A DNA stretch of 63,802 nucleotides, filler included, from Octopus bimaculoides (GCF_001194135.2; 6 parts of 5 records of this genome joined end to end with filler, not necessarily neighbours in it); one strand, 5' to 3'. Positions 12,072-25,299 are shown, numbered from the whole stretch's first letter. Numbers and translations: made by a program. The notes: generated by a model not told the origin, from the letters alone.

Positions 12072-12575
12072 GAAAGGTGGAGTTCTGGCAGAATCGTTAG
12101 CACGCCGGGCAAAATGCTTGGCGGGGTTTCATCCGCCTTTACGTTCTGAGTTCAAAATCCACTGAGCTCCGCTTTGCCTTTGATCCATTTTCTCGGGGAC
12201 GAAATTTGCTTCAGGGGTAAAAATCCAAATCCATAACGTATTACAAACAAGGTCTTATTGTTGTTGTTTTTTTAAAATTTGGTTTTATACTTTGTTCTTC
12301 GAGAAGAAACCTAACTTCAGCATACTTTTTACAGATAACTTTTTATGCACTGTTTCCTAAACCTGAGAAAAATAAGTAGAGGTGCAAATTTTGATTTTCC
12401 ACACCCCAAAAATTTTAGGGGGTGCAGTTGCACCCCCTGCACCTCCTGTTCTCGGGCCCATACTTTCATCCCTTTCGGGATCGATGAAATAAGTACCAGT
12501 TGAATACTGGGGTCGATGTAATGACTTACCCTCTCTTCGCAAAATTTCTGGCTTTGCGTCATAATTTGAAACCTA
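12072..12575 (+). mobile_element. SINE family B variant split by a ~270-bp insertion
   Basis: Head at 12072-12190 ends ctttgcctttgatcc; resumes at about 12465 with ctttcatccctttcggg..ataagtaccag. Confidence 0.6.
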
Positions 12576-13357
12576 TATATGAGTGAAATTGCTGCTGTAT
12601 AATGTTTTGATTTTTCTTTTCTGATCTTTTGAATGAGAAAAGCAAGACAAAGGATAGCTTGTACACTCGACACATTAATGTTTTGCATTCAACGCTTTCA
12701 AAGCTCTTACACATTATTGTAAATATTTAATCGATATAAGAAAGCTATCCGATGAAAAACAAAAAGATACCGAAAATCTACTAATGGAAATTGAAATCAG
12801 AAAATGCAGGAAGAATGTTAACCTGATTGTATTGTATATTCAATTTCGGTTCCCTAGAGATAATTATTTTTCTATTATTCATATTTTCATTTTATTTTTC
12901 TTATTATTTCCGGGCAACTTTATCGCCTAACACGTCTCGGACTTCAACATTTCTACACTCAGAGAGTGAAACCGTGAAATAAACAAATCCATGAAACAAA
13001 GAAATATATATATATATATACATGACACACGTGTATATATAAATTCAACTTCATGAACACATTTTGTATATATACACACGTACACGGAAACTCAAATACA
13101 CGCATAAAAAGTACTCGTAGAAATATTAGGTAGGCGCATGTGAACAATACACAATCATAAAAATTTATCGAAGTTAATACCGACATCTGGGTCTCTTTAA
13201 AAGCTGAATATTACTTTTACACAACTTCTTTAAGATCGCTTTTTCTTTTTCTCTCTCACTCTCACTTTTTCCTCGATAGTAATATATATTAATAAGTTTA
13301 GCCACAAATACACACACAAATACACACACATACACGCACACACACACATACACACAA

Positions 13358-13394
<37 letters not shown>

Positions 13395-13781
13395 GGTACT
13401 CACTCCCTATCAGTCCCAGTTTCTCTCTCCCATCACTTTCTCTTTCGGTATATCTATTTATATATCTACCTATCTATTTATTTCTCTCTCTCTCTCTCTA
13501 TGTATGTGTGATNNNNNNNNNNNNNNNNNNNNNNNNNNNNNNNNNNNNNNNNNNNNNNNNNNNNNNNNNNNNNNNNNNNNNNNNNNNNNNNNNNNNNNNN
13601 NNNNNNNNNNNNNNNNNNNNNNNNNNNNNNNNNNNNNNNNNNNNNNNNNNNNNNNNNNNNNNNNNNNNNNNNNNNNNNNNNNNNNNNNNNNNNNNNNNNN
13701 NNNNNNNNNNNNNNNNNNNNNNNNNNNNNNNNNNNNNNNNNNNNNNNNNNNNNNNNNNNNNNNNNNNNNNNNNNNNNNNNN

Positions 13782-14072
13782 GGGTGGATGTTACTGTTGC
13801 TTTAGCCCCAGGAGGACATCTCCTCCAGCTGGCTTATCGACACACTACTGTGTCCTGTTTGTTTTGCCAAGGGAAGTTATACCTCTCATCGAAGGTCGGT
13901 AGCTATCGGACGCTGACGAAGGGAAATAACCCTGAAACCCGGGTCTGTTCGTGCTACGATCAAGATGAGAGGGATAACTTCCCTTGGCAAAACAAACAGG
14001 ACACAGTAGTGTGTCGATAAGCCAGCTAGATGAGATGTCCTCCTGGGGCTGAAGCAACAGTAACATCCACCC
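13782..14072. repeat. Long inverted repeat (arms 13782-13890 and 13964-14072) enclosing the hammerhead
   Basis: 109-bp arms with 4 differences counted by eye. The left arm runs into an N gap (13513-13781), so it may be longer. Confidence 0.95.
13899..13961 (+). ncRNA. Type I hammerhead ribozyme with minimal, palindromic stem III
   Basis: CGGACG-CUGACGA(13913-13919)-AGGG aaauaa CCCU-GAAAC(13934-13938)-CCGG-GUC(13943-13945)^UGUUCG. All core nucleotides are present. Stem I: CGGACG/UGUUCG, then an internal loop, then GUAGC/GCUAC. Activity untested. Confidence 0.78.
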
Positions 14073-14149
14073 CTAGGGGTCAGCCACACTTAAGTGGCAA
14101 TACACTTCACTTTATCGTGCAGTTACTGTTAATACGTCACAGGTGCCAA

Positions 14150-14320
14150 GCTGTATCGGCCCTTGCCTTTCCTTTGGATAACACTGGTGGCATGGAGAGG
14201 GGAAGCCGGTATACATAGGCAACTGCTGGTCTCCCATAAAAAACAGCCTTGCCCGGACTTAGGTAACTTTCTAGGTGCAATCCCATGGTCAGTCATGAGC
14301 GAAGGGCGTCTCAACATTAT
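14150..14320 (+). mobile_element. Short interspersed repeat, possibly a LINE 5'-UTR-derived element
   Basis: cctttggataacactggtggcatggagagggg...gtaactttctaggtgcaatcccatggtc resembles a common octopus repeat as I recall it; not verified. Confidence 0.35.
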
Positions 14321-14333
14321 ATAGATGATAGAT

Positions 14334-14521
14334 CGCTGACCACTACATTTATATATTTTTTCTCCTTGTTTTTCTCCTTATTTCTTTTTGTGTTCCTTTC
14401 AGTTGAAGAGCGTAGCTCGAAACGTTAAAGACTTTCTGTATTCCCGAGCGTTAATCTAATACATCTTTTTGTTGTTTACACCACCTGTACTCGTCTGTTG
14501 TTGTTTTTTTCGTAATTTCTC

Positions 14522-14523
<2 letters not shown>
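14334..14523 (+). mobile_element. Short interspersed repeat with GAAGAGC-loop-GCTC-GAAACGTT hairpin (PLE-terminus-like)
   Basis: Homologous, in the opposite orientation, to 24495-24685; ends next to (TA)n. Confidence 0.6.
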
Positions 14524-14576
<53 letters not shown>

Positions 14577-14965
14577 TGAATATATATACATGTATACTTA
14601 CATACGCCCGCACGCACACATACATATACATGCACGCATACACGCATATATTATATATGTACATAGACATACATTGGTACATATATATTTGTAAATACGT
14701 AAATGTACATACTTATGTTTATGTATATATATACTTATATATATATATATATGTGTNNNNNNNNNNTATATATATATAAACACACACATATGCATATATT
14801 GCTATATGTATATCTACGTTTAAGTATGTATGTTTGTGCGTGTATAAATGTATATTTTTCATCGATGTAAGTATAAATGTCTCATCTATTTTTTAATTAT
14901 TATAAATCTTCCACTGATGAGGGAGCCGGTTTCCAACAAAGATACAAGGTCATTATTATTATTAC

Positions 14966-15053
<88 letters not shown>

Positions 15054-16290
15054 CCTTCGTAACATAGTGTAGGTAAAAATGCACCGGTGTCTTTTAGTCA
15101 TCTGTCAAGTCACAACAAGGACATCACACAGATAATACTTTCCTTAAGATGTGCTCTGTGCTCAATAAGGCTGCTTTTTGCAAGACATCAGTCTTGCATG
15201 GGATTTCCAGTTGCCGTAAGAAGTCTTAATGGGATTGAGCTTACGATCACTACTGGTATCACTTTTACATTACACTCTCGCATTCAATACAGTCTTACCA
15301 TTTCCACTTTCAATTCAGAGTACTTCGTGATTTTTCAACCTCTCTACTCACAGCATTCATGTCATTTGGTATGGCTACATCAATGATCTGACAGTATTTG
15401 TCTCTCTTACTCAATATGACAGTAACCGGCTGACAGTGTTCGATTACACGATCCGTCTGAAAATCATAGTCCCAGAGTATCGTTACTTTTCCATCTTCCT
15501 GCATAACCTTACTTGGTACATGCTCATACCAGTTCTCTGTTGCTTCATATTGGTATTTACAGCATAAGAGCCAATGCAAAGACACACACATTTCATCGTG
15601 GCAGCACTTGTATTCTTTTATTTGTGCAAGACTCTCACATCCACTTACCAAGAGGGTCACATTTTCCACACTCTTTCCACAGAGTCTGCATTTCAAGGTA
15701 ATATTCATGGGGATTTTTTTCTTCTGGATCATTGATCAACTCGGTGAGTCGTCTTTGAATTTCAAGCAATTCATTATCTAGTTGGTTCCTTTCCCCTGCA
15801 TGTCCACCCACCATAGTATCAGGGTTCACTGTATAACGTTCCTGTTCCTCATCCTTAACAGCCCCTTCATCATTCCCCTGTTCCTCCTGTCTACTCGTTT
15901 CCCTGCTTTCAACTCCTACCTCTCTGTTTTCAACTGCGGCCATCCTCTATAGCCCATTCGCAGGGTCTCTCAGACTCTCACTAATTCGAGATATTTTTAC
16001 TCCAGTTAAGTAAACCTTCCTCCTAATCACTCTCACTTGGTTCTTCTTTAGTTTATTTTCTGACATTGGACACATGTCTTTTTCCATCGAAAATTTCAAA
16101 GTATATCGCCCTACTCATCGACTTCTTTCCAGCTTTGTTCTTCAATAAGTGTATCGCACACTTTCTTCATCCACTTCTGTCTGTTTTTGCGCACACCGAG
16201 TATGTGATCTGTTGTGACATAACGACCGTCCGAAGCCAGAACACTGGCAGGAAACCTTCACCATGATCGGCTATAGCTCCATTCTCGCCG
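15054..16290 (-). mobile_element. Internally deleted R4/Dong-like element (N-terminus fused to CCHC and endonuclease; no RT)
   Basis: The N-terminal acidic region joins CRLCGKSVENV..LVSGC...HD...LWDYDFQTDR...IIDVAIP..., ending LLSTEHILRKVLSV*. Short 3' UTR, then (CTA)n(TAA)n at 14952-15053. Confidence 0.85.
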
Positions 16291-16334
16291 TTAATTCTTT
16301 CATGCAGGGAGCGCAAAAAGATAGTATTAAGTGT

Positions 16335-16470
16335 TAACTGCAAACGTAAATAGATTGTATACGAAAAGAAAGAATGGTGGCAGAGGACTGATTAGTATAG
16401 ACCATTGTATAAGCAGTGAAAGGAGAACGCTCGTCGAGTATTTGATAAATAATGACGGAGATCTGGTGTA
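16335..16470 (+). mobile_element. Short R4/Dong-like RT-thumb fragment
   Basis: ANVNRLYTKRKNGGRGLISIDHCISSE matches the RLY.PRKEGGRGL motif seen in the other copies. Confidence 0.6.
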
Positions 16471-16813
16471 ATATACCGGGTCCCATATTATTATTGATAT
16501 TTTTAAATGCTATAGGTAGAACGATGGTGAAATGATAACCACTGTGGTTATGGAGGCGACTCAAAGCAAGCACGTTATTCATATATATGTGTGTATGTAC
16601 ATACATGTGCACGTGTATATACAAATAAAGAGAGGAAGAGAGTGATGGGATCTCACTAACAACTCTCGTGGGAACCCCACGAACGACTCATGAAATCATG
16701 ATGCAACACAGTTATTATTATCATCATCATCATCATCATCATCACCACCACCACCACCACCACCACCACCACCACCACCACCTCCACCACCATCATCATC
16801 ATCATTATTATTA

Positions 16814-17050
16814 GAGAGCGGCTAGCTGGAAGAATCGTTAGCACACCGGGTGAAATGCTTAACGGTATTTCGTCTGCCGTTACGTTCTCAGTTCAAATTC
16901 CGCCGAGGTCGACTTAGCCTTTCATCCTTTCGGGGTCGATAAATTAAGTACCAGTTACGCACTGGGGTTGATGTAATCGACTTAATTTCTTTGTCTGTCC
17001 TTGCTTGTCCCCTCTATGTTGTAGCCCCTTGTGGGCAATAAAGAAATAAG
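16814..17050 (+). mobile_element. tRNA-type SINE family B, full length
   Basis: agctggaagaatcgttagc (A box-like)...gttcaaattcc (B box)...ggggtcgataaattaagtaccag...caataaagaaataag. Confidence 0.9.
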
Positions 17051-17198
17051 AAACCGTATATGAGACATTTTGTTTTGGGTGGTCTACACGATTTGTAATA
17101 TTATATTTCAGCGAAAGGAGACAAAATACTGTGAATTAAGGTTTCCTGAAAAATTTGTTGTAATATTTGTGATTTTGAAAAATTAAGATATTGTCAAG

Positions 17199-17560
17199 TT
17201 TAGAATGTTCTTAGAATGTGGGTTATATCCAGGAAATAATTTTGTGTTGTTCTGATTGTTTGCGGTTTCTTGGTATTTGGTCATAGTATTTAAGAGTGCT
17301 TTTTGTTATTGCCAAAGATCCGTTGATTACAGATACAGTTGTCGTTTTTAGAATGCTACGTTTTTGAGACATCTATTTCAAGATTCTTGTATTTACTTAA
17401 CAATTCAAATGTTTCCACAGAAATAATGCAGTCTGTGGTGATTGACATCTATCAGCAATTATGTATGTTTGCCAATGTTGTTTCCAGCACAATAAATGGT
17501 CTGTTAGGCTCAATGTTTCGATAAGTTTGAATAGTAAAGTCTCAAAGAACGGAGTTACCA
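17199..17560 (-). mobile_element. Old R4/Dong-like endonuclease C-terminal remnant
   Basis: NRPFIV...LLSKYKNLEIDVSK...FLDITHILRTF* with stops and frameshifts. Confidence 0.65.
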
Positions 17561-17931
17561 TCATTTTCTACTACTTTAATAGACTTGTTCCCATCAGTTC
17601 TCGTATGTCGAAATAGATAGTATATGATACAGTACCAAAAATGACCAAGACTACCATGGCGTTTAATATATTCAGTTGAGGCTAACCAGAGATGAGGTGA
17701 TCTATTGTTTCTCTGGATACACTATCAAATTTATATGAAGGATCCGCACTAATTTGAAGACAAACAGAGAAGCAGGCAGATATGTAGACTGAGAGACAGA
17801 CTAAAAGAGAAATAGTTAAATGAATATAGAAAGATGAATACGTAATAATACATGCATGCATACATACATACATAGACAGACAGACAGGCAAGAAAACAGA
17901 TGGATAGAAAGATAAACAGATCGATCGATAG

Positions 17932-18027
<96 letters not shown>

Positions 18028-18044
18028 AGAGAAAGAGATATAGG

Positions 18045-18083
<39 letters not shown>

Positions 18084-18585
18084 TCACAGTAGCTTGGAAT
18101 CTGAAATACGTATGAAAAACTGAATTGTCGTATCATAATAAATTTAGCAATGTATTATAAATTTAAGATGGAAAATATCTTACGAGACCAAGAACAAAAA
18201 AAAAAAGAAAGAAACCAAAATTATTATTCCAAAATATGATAATAAATGATGTAGAAAAGCTAATATGAATGCCACATTAAAAGTAGGAAGATTAATTTTG
18301 GGTGGGAAAAAATAATATTCTTATTCATTAGGCCAAGTGGCATGATATAGCTTACCATCTGTGCATTAATAAACTATCAAAATTTATAGAAAAGAAAAAA
18401 AAATAAAGAATCTGTAAGTAGAAATATATTGAGATATACACACATGCATACACATTTATATATACATACATATATACATACATACATATGTATATACACG
18501 TGCGTGTTTGTGCGTATGTATGCATATATGCTTGAACATAAAAAAATAAAGGCGAGTGTGTATATATATATGTGTGTGTGTGTAC

Positions 18586-18616
<31 letters not shown>

Positions 18617-18733
18617 TTTATGTATGTATGTATGTATGTATGCATGCGTGCATGTATGTATGTACGTTTGTATGTATGTTTATATACTGGAACATATGAG
18701 CATACAGGTGTGTATATATTATATATATATATT

Positions 18734-18782
<49 letters not shown>

Positions 18783-19187
18783 CCGTATGTATGTATGCAT
18801 ATATGTATGTATATCCATATGATACAAATATATCCATGCGCACAATACCATATATACATACACACTCAGATGTATACGTGTGTGTTTATATGTTTGATTT
18901 GTGTTTATATGTATGATTTGTGTTTATGTCTATACGTATATATATATATATAATATAATATATATATATATANNNNNNNNNNNNNNNNNNNNNNNNNNNN
19001 NNNNNNNNNNNNNNNNNNNNNNNNNNNNNNNNNNNNNNNNNNNNNNNNNNNNNNNNNNNNNNNNNNNNNNNNNNNNNNNNNNNNNNNNNNNNNNNNNNNN
19101 NNNNNNNNNNNNNNNNNNNNNNNNNNNNNNNNNNNNNNNNNNTATATATACGTATACATACATACATACATACATACATACATTCAC

Positions 19188-19790
19188 GCATATACCACCA
19201 AGATTGTGGCAATGTGCAAACGAATGGCCGGATGGATTCTGAGAACCTTTAAAACAAGGACCAGAAAACTATACTGGTTCTATGGAGGACATTTGTCCTC
19301 AGCCGTCTGGACTAATGATCTTAACTGTAGTCGCACCACTGTGTCAAATTAACAACAGAACTCAGGACAGTTCAGCGCTGCTACAACAGGAAAATTGCTC
19401 CAATTCTAATACTTGAGCTACTAGGAGAGACTGAAAGGGCTACGAGTCTACTCCCTGGAGCGAAGACGGTGAGAGATAAGCATGGAAGATCCTGGAGGAA
19501 CTGGCATCAAATTTTGGTATCGAGAGCAGAACTGGACGCCACTGCACTATTCCAAAGGTCCCAGCTTTCCCGTCTTGGGTGAGGAAAATGTACTGCAATA
19601 AAAGGGCCCACAGCTATTTAACGCCTTGTCAAAACATCTGAAGGGATCTTCATGGAGTAGGAGTACGTTTTCGATAAATAACTTGACCTCCTGCTATCCA
19701 AGGTCCCAGATGAACCTTCATCAAAACAAGAAACTCAAAAGAGGGCAACAGTGTCGAACTCCCTCCATAACCAAAAGTCAGTCGCGTAAG
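19188..19790 (+). mobile_element. CR1/L2-group LINE 3' remnant
   Basis: TKIVAMCKRMAGWILRTFKTR...WRTFVLSRLD...ERLKGLRVYSLERRR...WKILE...GP.LFNAL...KVPDEP...SNSL. Confidence 0.8.
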
Positions 19791-20630
19791 AAAAGGTGAC
19801 TACACTGGCGATGATCCAGTATTGTCATGTATAAAAGAATAAAAGAATATATNNNNNNNNNNNNNNNNNNNNNNNNNNNNNNNNNNNNNNNNNNNNNNNN
19901 NNNNNNNNNNNNNNNNNNNNNNNNNNNNNNNNNNNNNNNNNNNNNNNNNNNNNNNNNNNNNNNNNNNNNNNNNNNNNNNNNNNNNNNNNNNNNNNNNNNN
20001 NNNNNNNNNNNNNNNNNNNNNNNNNNNNNNNNNNNNNNNNNNNNNNNNNNNNNNNNNNNNNNNNNNNNNNNNNNNNNNNNNNNNNNNNNNNNNNNNNNNN
20101 NNNNNNNNNNNNNNNNNNNNNNNNNNNNNNNNNNNNNNNNNNNNNNNNNNNNNNNNNNNNNNNNNNNNNNNNNNNNNNNNNNNNNNNNNNNNNNNNNNNN
20201 NNNNNNNNNNNNNNNNNNNNNNNNNNNNNNNNNNNNNNNNNNNNNNNNNNNNNNNNNNNNNNNNNNNNNNNNNNNNNNNNNNNNNNNNNNNNNNNNNNNN
20301 NNNNNNNNNNNNNNNNNNNNNNNNNNNNNNNNNNNNNNNNNNNNNNNNNNNNNNNNNNNNNNNNNNNNNNNNNNNNNNNNNNNNNNNNNNNNNNNNNNNN
20401 NNNNNNNNNNNNNNNNNNNNNNNNNNNNNNNNNNNNNNNNNNNNNNNNNNNNNNNNNNNNNNNNNNNNNNNNNNNNNNNNNNNNNNNNNNNNNNNNNNNN
20501 NNNNNNNNNNNNNNNNNNNNNNNNNNNNNNNNNNNNNNNNNNNNNNNNNNNNNNNNNNNNNNNNNNNNNNNNNNNNNNNNNNNNNNNNNNNNNNNNNNNN
20601 NNNNNNNNNNNNNNNNNNNNNNNNNNNNNN

Positions 20631-20691
<61 letters not shown>

Positions 20692-21798
20692 ACGCACATT
20701 TGAAAAATTGCTTCGGTATAATAGGACTGCTCTGGTCAGCTGGTAAAAGTGAGTAATCCTTCGACTGACCGGCAACCTGTCTAGGGGGGAAGATATATGC
20801 ACTACAGAATCCGAAAAACCAGCCTTATTGGAAGGCATTTGGACCTTTTTGAATTAGTGCAGTAACTAACGAATTTTTTGCATTGCATTTCTCGTAATAT
20901 CATTCTCTAATTTCATTTATTGGTTGAAATACCAGTTTTATTGTATTCTGTCCATTCATTTACCTAATGAATTTACATGTGAAGGAAACTATATACAATT
21001 TGAAGTACATATATTCTCCGTGTGTTTTAACGAATGAGATGTGGCTGTAATTTCCATTCGAAAGGTTTATGGCAAGAAACAGGATTATCTAACTTCTAAG
21101 ACCTAAATTTCTTAAGGTCAGTATGACGAATTTTAGTACGGAGATGTTTTCTAAATTTCTTTTAATTTGTCAAATGTGTTCCAGTTTGTCATTTACAATC
21201 AATATATGTTACATTAACTTGGCATGTATCTTACACTAATAATGAGTTACCTCCCTGCTCGCTAAACTGAATGCGGCGAAAGCAAGTGAGAAAGACGGGC
21301 CAATGAATATTCCATCTACTGCTTATAAATCATTTATTTATAAGTACAGCAAAACGCTATTATTGGTCACAATTATTTTCTTTTGCATTTAGTATTTTCC
21401 AAGGTACCCTGGGTGGCTTTATTATTGAGCAGTTGTTTACATACGTGGAGGCAAACATGAACGCACATATCGAACTTTAATTTGTTTTGTATTGATTTTT
21501 TTTTTGCTTCGTTTTTTGTTTTTTTGTTTTTTTGAATTTTGTTTCAAGAATATATTCATTACACAAATGTAAAACAAATTTCCGTGGGAAGTGTATACGG
21601 GCGTGTCACAGAGAAAAATGCAAATAAACATTTAACTAACACTCAAACAATACTCACATGTATAGAACTTTTGACGAATTATCTCGAATCTCCTTTACAT
21701 GCGCGTGCGTGTGTACACGCTGCGCGCGCGCGTTCATATCTGTTTGTGTGTGTGTGTGCGTGCGTGCGTGTGTGTGCGTGTGTGCGTTTACGTATGTA

Positions 21799-21838
<40 letters not shown>

Positions 21839-21909
21839 ATGTATATGTGTATATATGTGTATGTGTATGTATATTTATGTATATATATAGATGTACATGT
21901 ATATATGTG

Positions 21910-21980
<71 letters not shown>

Positions 21981-22035
21981 ATTTGGGGTTGGTCATGTTA
22001 TATGTATATATATGTGCATGAGTGTGTATATATTT

Positions 22036-22067
<32 letters not shown>

Positions 22068-22669
22068 ACATATACACGTTCACACATTTAAGTATAGATA
22101 CAAATACATATACGTATGTATATATGCATGTGTGTATGTATGTATGTATGTATGTATGTATGTATGTATGTATGTACGTATCCATGTATGTATGTATGCA
22201 TGTAAGTATGTATGTATCCATGTATGTATGTATGCATACGTATATGGGTATTATATACATGCATAAATTCTGCAATGAACATAAGGTATTCAAGGGAATT
22301 GTCTCAACTGTCAATTGATATTCAATATACAAGTTTATAACTTCCGCAGAACGATCAGCAGAAATTTAGCTCCAACACACACAATACTGCGCTCAGCTCG
22401 ATATTCCCTCTAATCTGACTGTGACTTACCATTTCATTTGCTAATGTTTATTTATACGAATAATTGAATAAATAAATAGTAGTTTGGACATGACTGGCTA
22501 CAACACATAAGTCGTAGAGAGTCTTCCTGTTTGACATCTATTCTCTTCTGGAATATGGGTGGGTGTTCTTCATTTTCTTCAAACCCATTCGAAATATTAT
22601 CTTGCAGTGCAGTACTTGTATTTATTTTATCGTCCAGCGTAAGAATGGGAGAAATAGTAATCTATATGC

Positions 22670-22855
<186 letters not shown>

Positions 22856-22859
22856 ACAC

Positions 22860-23700
22860 ACTCAGAGTTTGCTAAGAACGTTGTCGCTTATGTCTACTAC
22901 TAATCTATAAGCCGCCAATATGGAATTTCCATCTCCATCAACTACATGGCCCAACTTTCAGAGGCTGTGATTATTTGACAAAATTTAAGCTTTCAAGCGC
23001 CCGTCTTGGCCTTCGTTTCTGCCAGCACAGCTACTATGTTATAAATAACGAAGTGAGACAAAACGAAACTGACAAACAGCGACCATAGCTCTTCATCTAT
23101 GCATCATTAGCTATAGTATGCCCATTTTTTAAGGTAGCGGGTATTTAAACAGCAGATGGCCGCTTGAACAGTGGAACGCGTCCCATCCACAAAAGTCGAA
23201 AGAGCAGACGAGAACCGAGGCAAGGCAAGGCGGACATAAGATTGATGACAAAGGCAATATAGCTGTTCGCCACCACCTTCTCGCGATCCTCAAGATTTAG
23301 CTTCTTCTTGATCCATTTCCGGATGAAATTGGCCACCCTGCTCCCGAAGTCGTCCCTGTGCTTGCTCATCTGGAAATCTGGATCAAGCCAAAGGGGCCAT
23401 GTTGCACTACATGGACTGACCTAGCTGCATACCCTTCGACGTTTTCTGGTTAATTTTGGCAAGTCGTCACCGCCTCTCATTTCCTAGGAGTGGTACCGAT
23501 CATCTTCATGAATTGGTGTCGGACAGTATAGTTGTGATGTTGTTCGCCTCTGTAGACACATACTATTCGCAACATAATTCACGCAGGATGCCTGTAATGC
23601 TTCCAGATTTTGCAGTAGGGAATCATGAATCACTACATACAAAAGAAGGGATAAGGGATATCATTGACAGATGAGTGATACAATTCTAAAATGTTCCAAT
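22860..23700 (-). mobile_element. Decayed Tx1/L1-like RT C-terminal remnant
   Basis: VSTEANNIT (SAYADDIT-like)...AKINQK.SKGMQLG...PDFQMSKH.D...W.KKKLNL.DR..VANSYIA.VI. Confidence 0.65.
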
Positions 23701-24037
23701 AGGTGACCATTTACTCTGGTCACCTAGCAGATGTCCCAGTACATCACGGTAGATACATACTATAAAGAGAGAACGAAATCGGCTGCTGTAAGGACACCCA
23801 AACATCGATGATCAATTCTACAGAAAACTTTCGACTGATCTAAATTCATCAAGAAACCATAAATTTCGGGTCCCTTGGTAATTCATGAAAGTTGACGTGA
23901 ATTGGTGTATCTAGAATAACACGACTGCACTTCACCGACGAAAGACCATCGACAGTTGCCAGCCGAAACTTTGGTCGAAATCTTGTGATTCCTAGTTTGT
24001 ATGAGTGTATTTGTGTGCGTATATTTGTATGTACGTA

Positions 24038-24096
<59 letters not shown>

Positions 24097-24269
24097 ATGT
24101 ATGTATGTATGTGTGTGTGTGTATGTATGTATGCATGTATGTATGTATGCATGCATGCAGGCATGTATGTATGTATGTATGTATGCATGTATGTATGTGT
24201 ATGTATGTATATATGTATGTATGGATGTATGCATGTATGTATGTATTTCTCTATCTATCTATCTATGTT

Positions 24270-24308
<39 letters not shown>

Positions 24309-24445
24309 AAATATATGTATACATACATATATATTTGCATATACTTATATGTATGCATGTATACGTTTATATATGTTTATATATAAATAGATAAAACTTA
24401 CTTGGGAGGAGATGCGTGGCGTTCAATCATATAGTAATATAAATG

Positions 24446-24493
<48 letters not shown>

Positions 24494-24494
24494 A

Positions 24495-24685
24495 GGAAGA
24501 AATTACAAAAAACAACAGACAAAGAGAGGTGGTGTTGAAAACAAATAGATGTATTAGTATAACGCTCGGGAATTGAGAAAGTCTTTAACGTTTCGAGCCT
24601 TCGCTCTTCTACAGAAAGGAACACGGAAAGAAACAAGGTGGAAAACAAGGAGAGAAAAAATATGTGCAGTGGTAAGCGATCTATC
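24495..24685 (-). mobile_element. Second copy of the GAAGAGC..GCTCGAAACGTT short repeat
   Basis: Reverse complement aligns to 14334-14523 (ctgtagaagagcgaaggctcgaaacgttaaagactttctc...cccgagcgtt..ctaatacatc). Confidence 0.6.
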
Positions 24686-25212
24686 ATGGCGAATGCCGGA
24701 CAGAAGGGTCACACAAGAGAGTTAAGAAGAAGGGGAGATAACAAAATAGTAGTGATCCCAAAACGAAGGTGTATGTGTGTAAGACAGAACGTATGTGCGT
24801 GTGAGAGAATGCTGGTGATCTTGACGTATGCATGTGTGTATGTAGGTGTGAAGTTATGAAAATGTGGGGATNNNNNNNNNNNNNNNNNNNNNNNNNNNNN
24901 NNNNNNNNNNNNNNNNNNNNNNNNNNNNNNNNNNNNNNNNNNNNNNNNNNNNNNNNNNNNNNNNNNNNNNNNNNNNNNNNNNNNNNNNNNNNNNNNNNNN
25001 NNNNNNNNNNNNNNNNNNNNNNNNNNNNNNNNNNNNNNNNNNNNNNNNNNNNNNNNNNNNNNNNNNNNNNNNNNNNNNNNNNNNNNNNNNNNNAGGTAGA
25101 GGTGGGGCTATGTTGGTAGGGAGAGGTTGGGGTAGGTGGGGTATATGGATAGGTAGAGGGTGGTGTAGGGTGGGGTTATGTGGGAGATGGTGTAGGGGAT
25201 GTGGTGTAAGGG

Positions 25213-25299
<87 letters not shown>

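Noticed and set aside
21393-21480. IFQGTLGGFIIEQLFTY, faintly like SLC6 TM9-TM10 (T.GG.Y...L..Y)
   Set aside because: Short, no surrounding similarity, runs into a stop, and out of order relative to the EL4 candidate exon.
25158-25184. Canonical G-quadruplex motif GGG-N7-GGG-N1-GGGG-N6-GGG
   Set aside because: Part of a low-complexity G/T tract beside a gap; no evidence of function.
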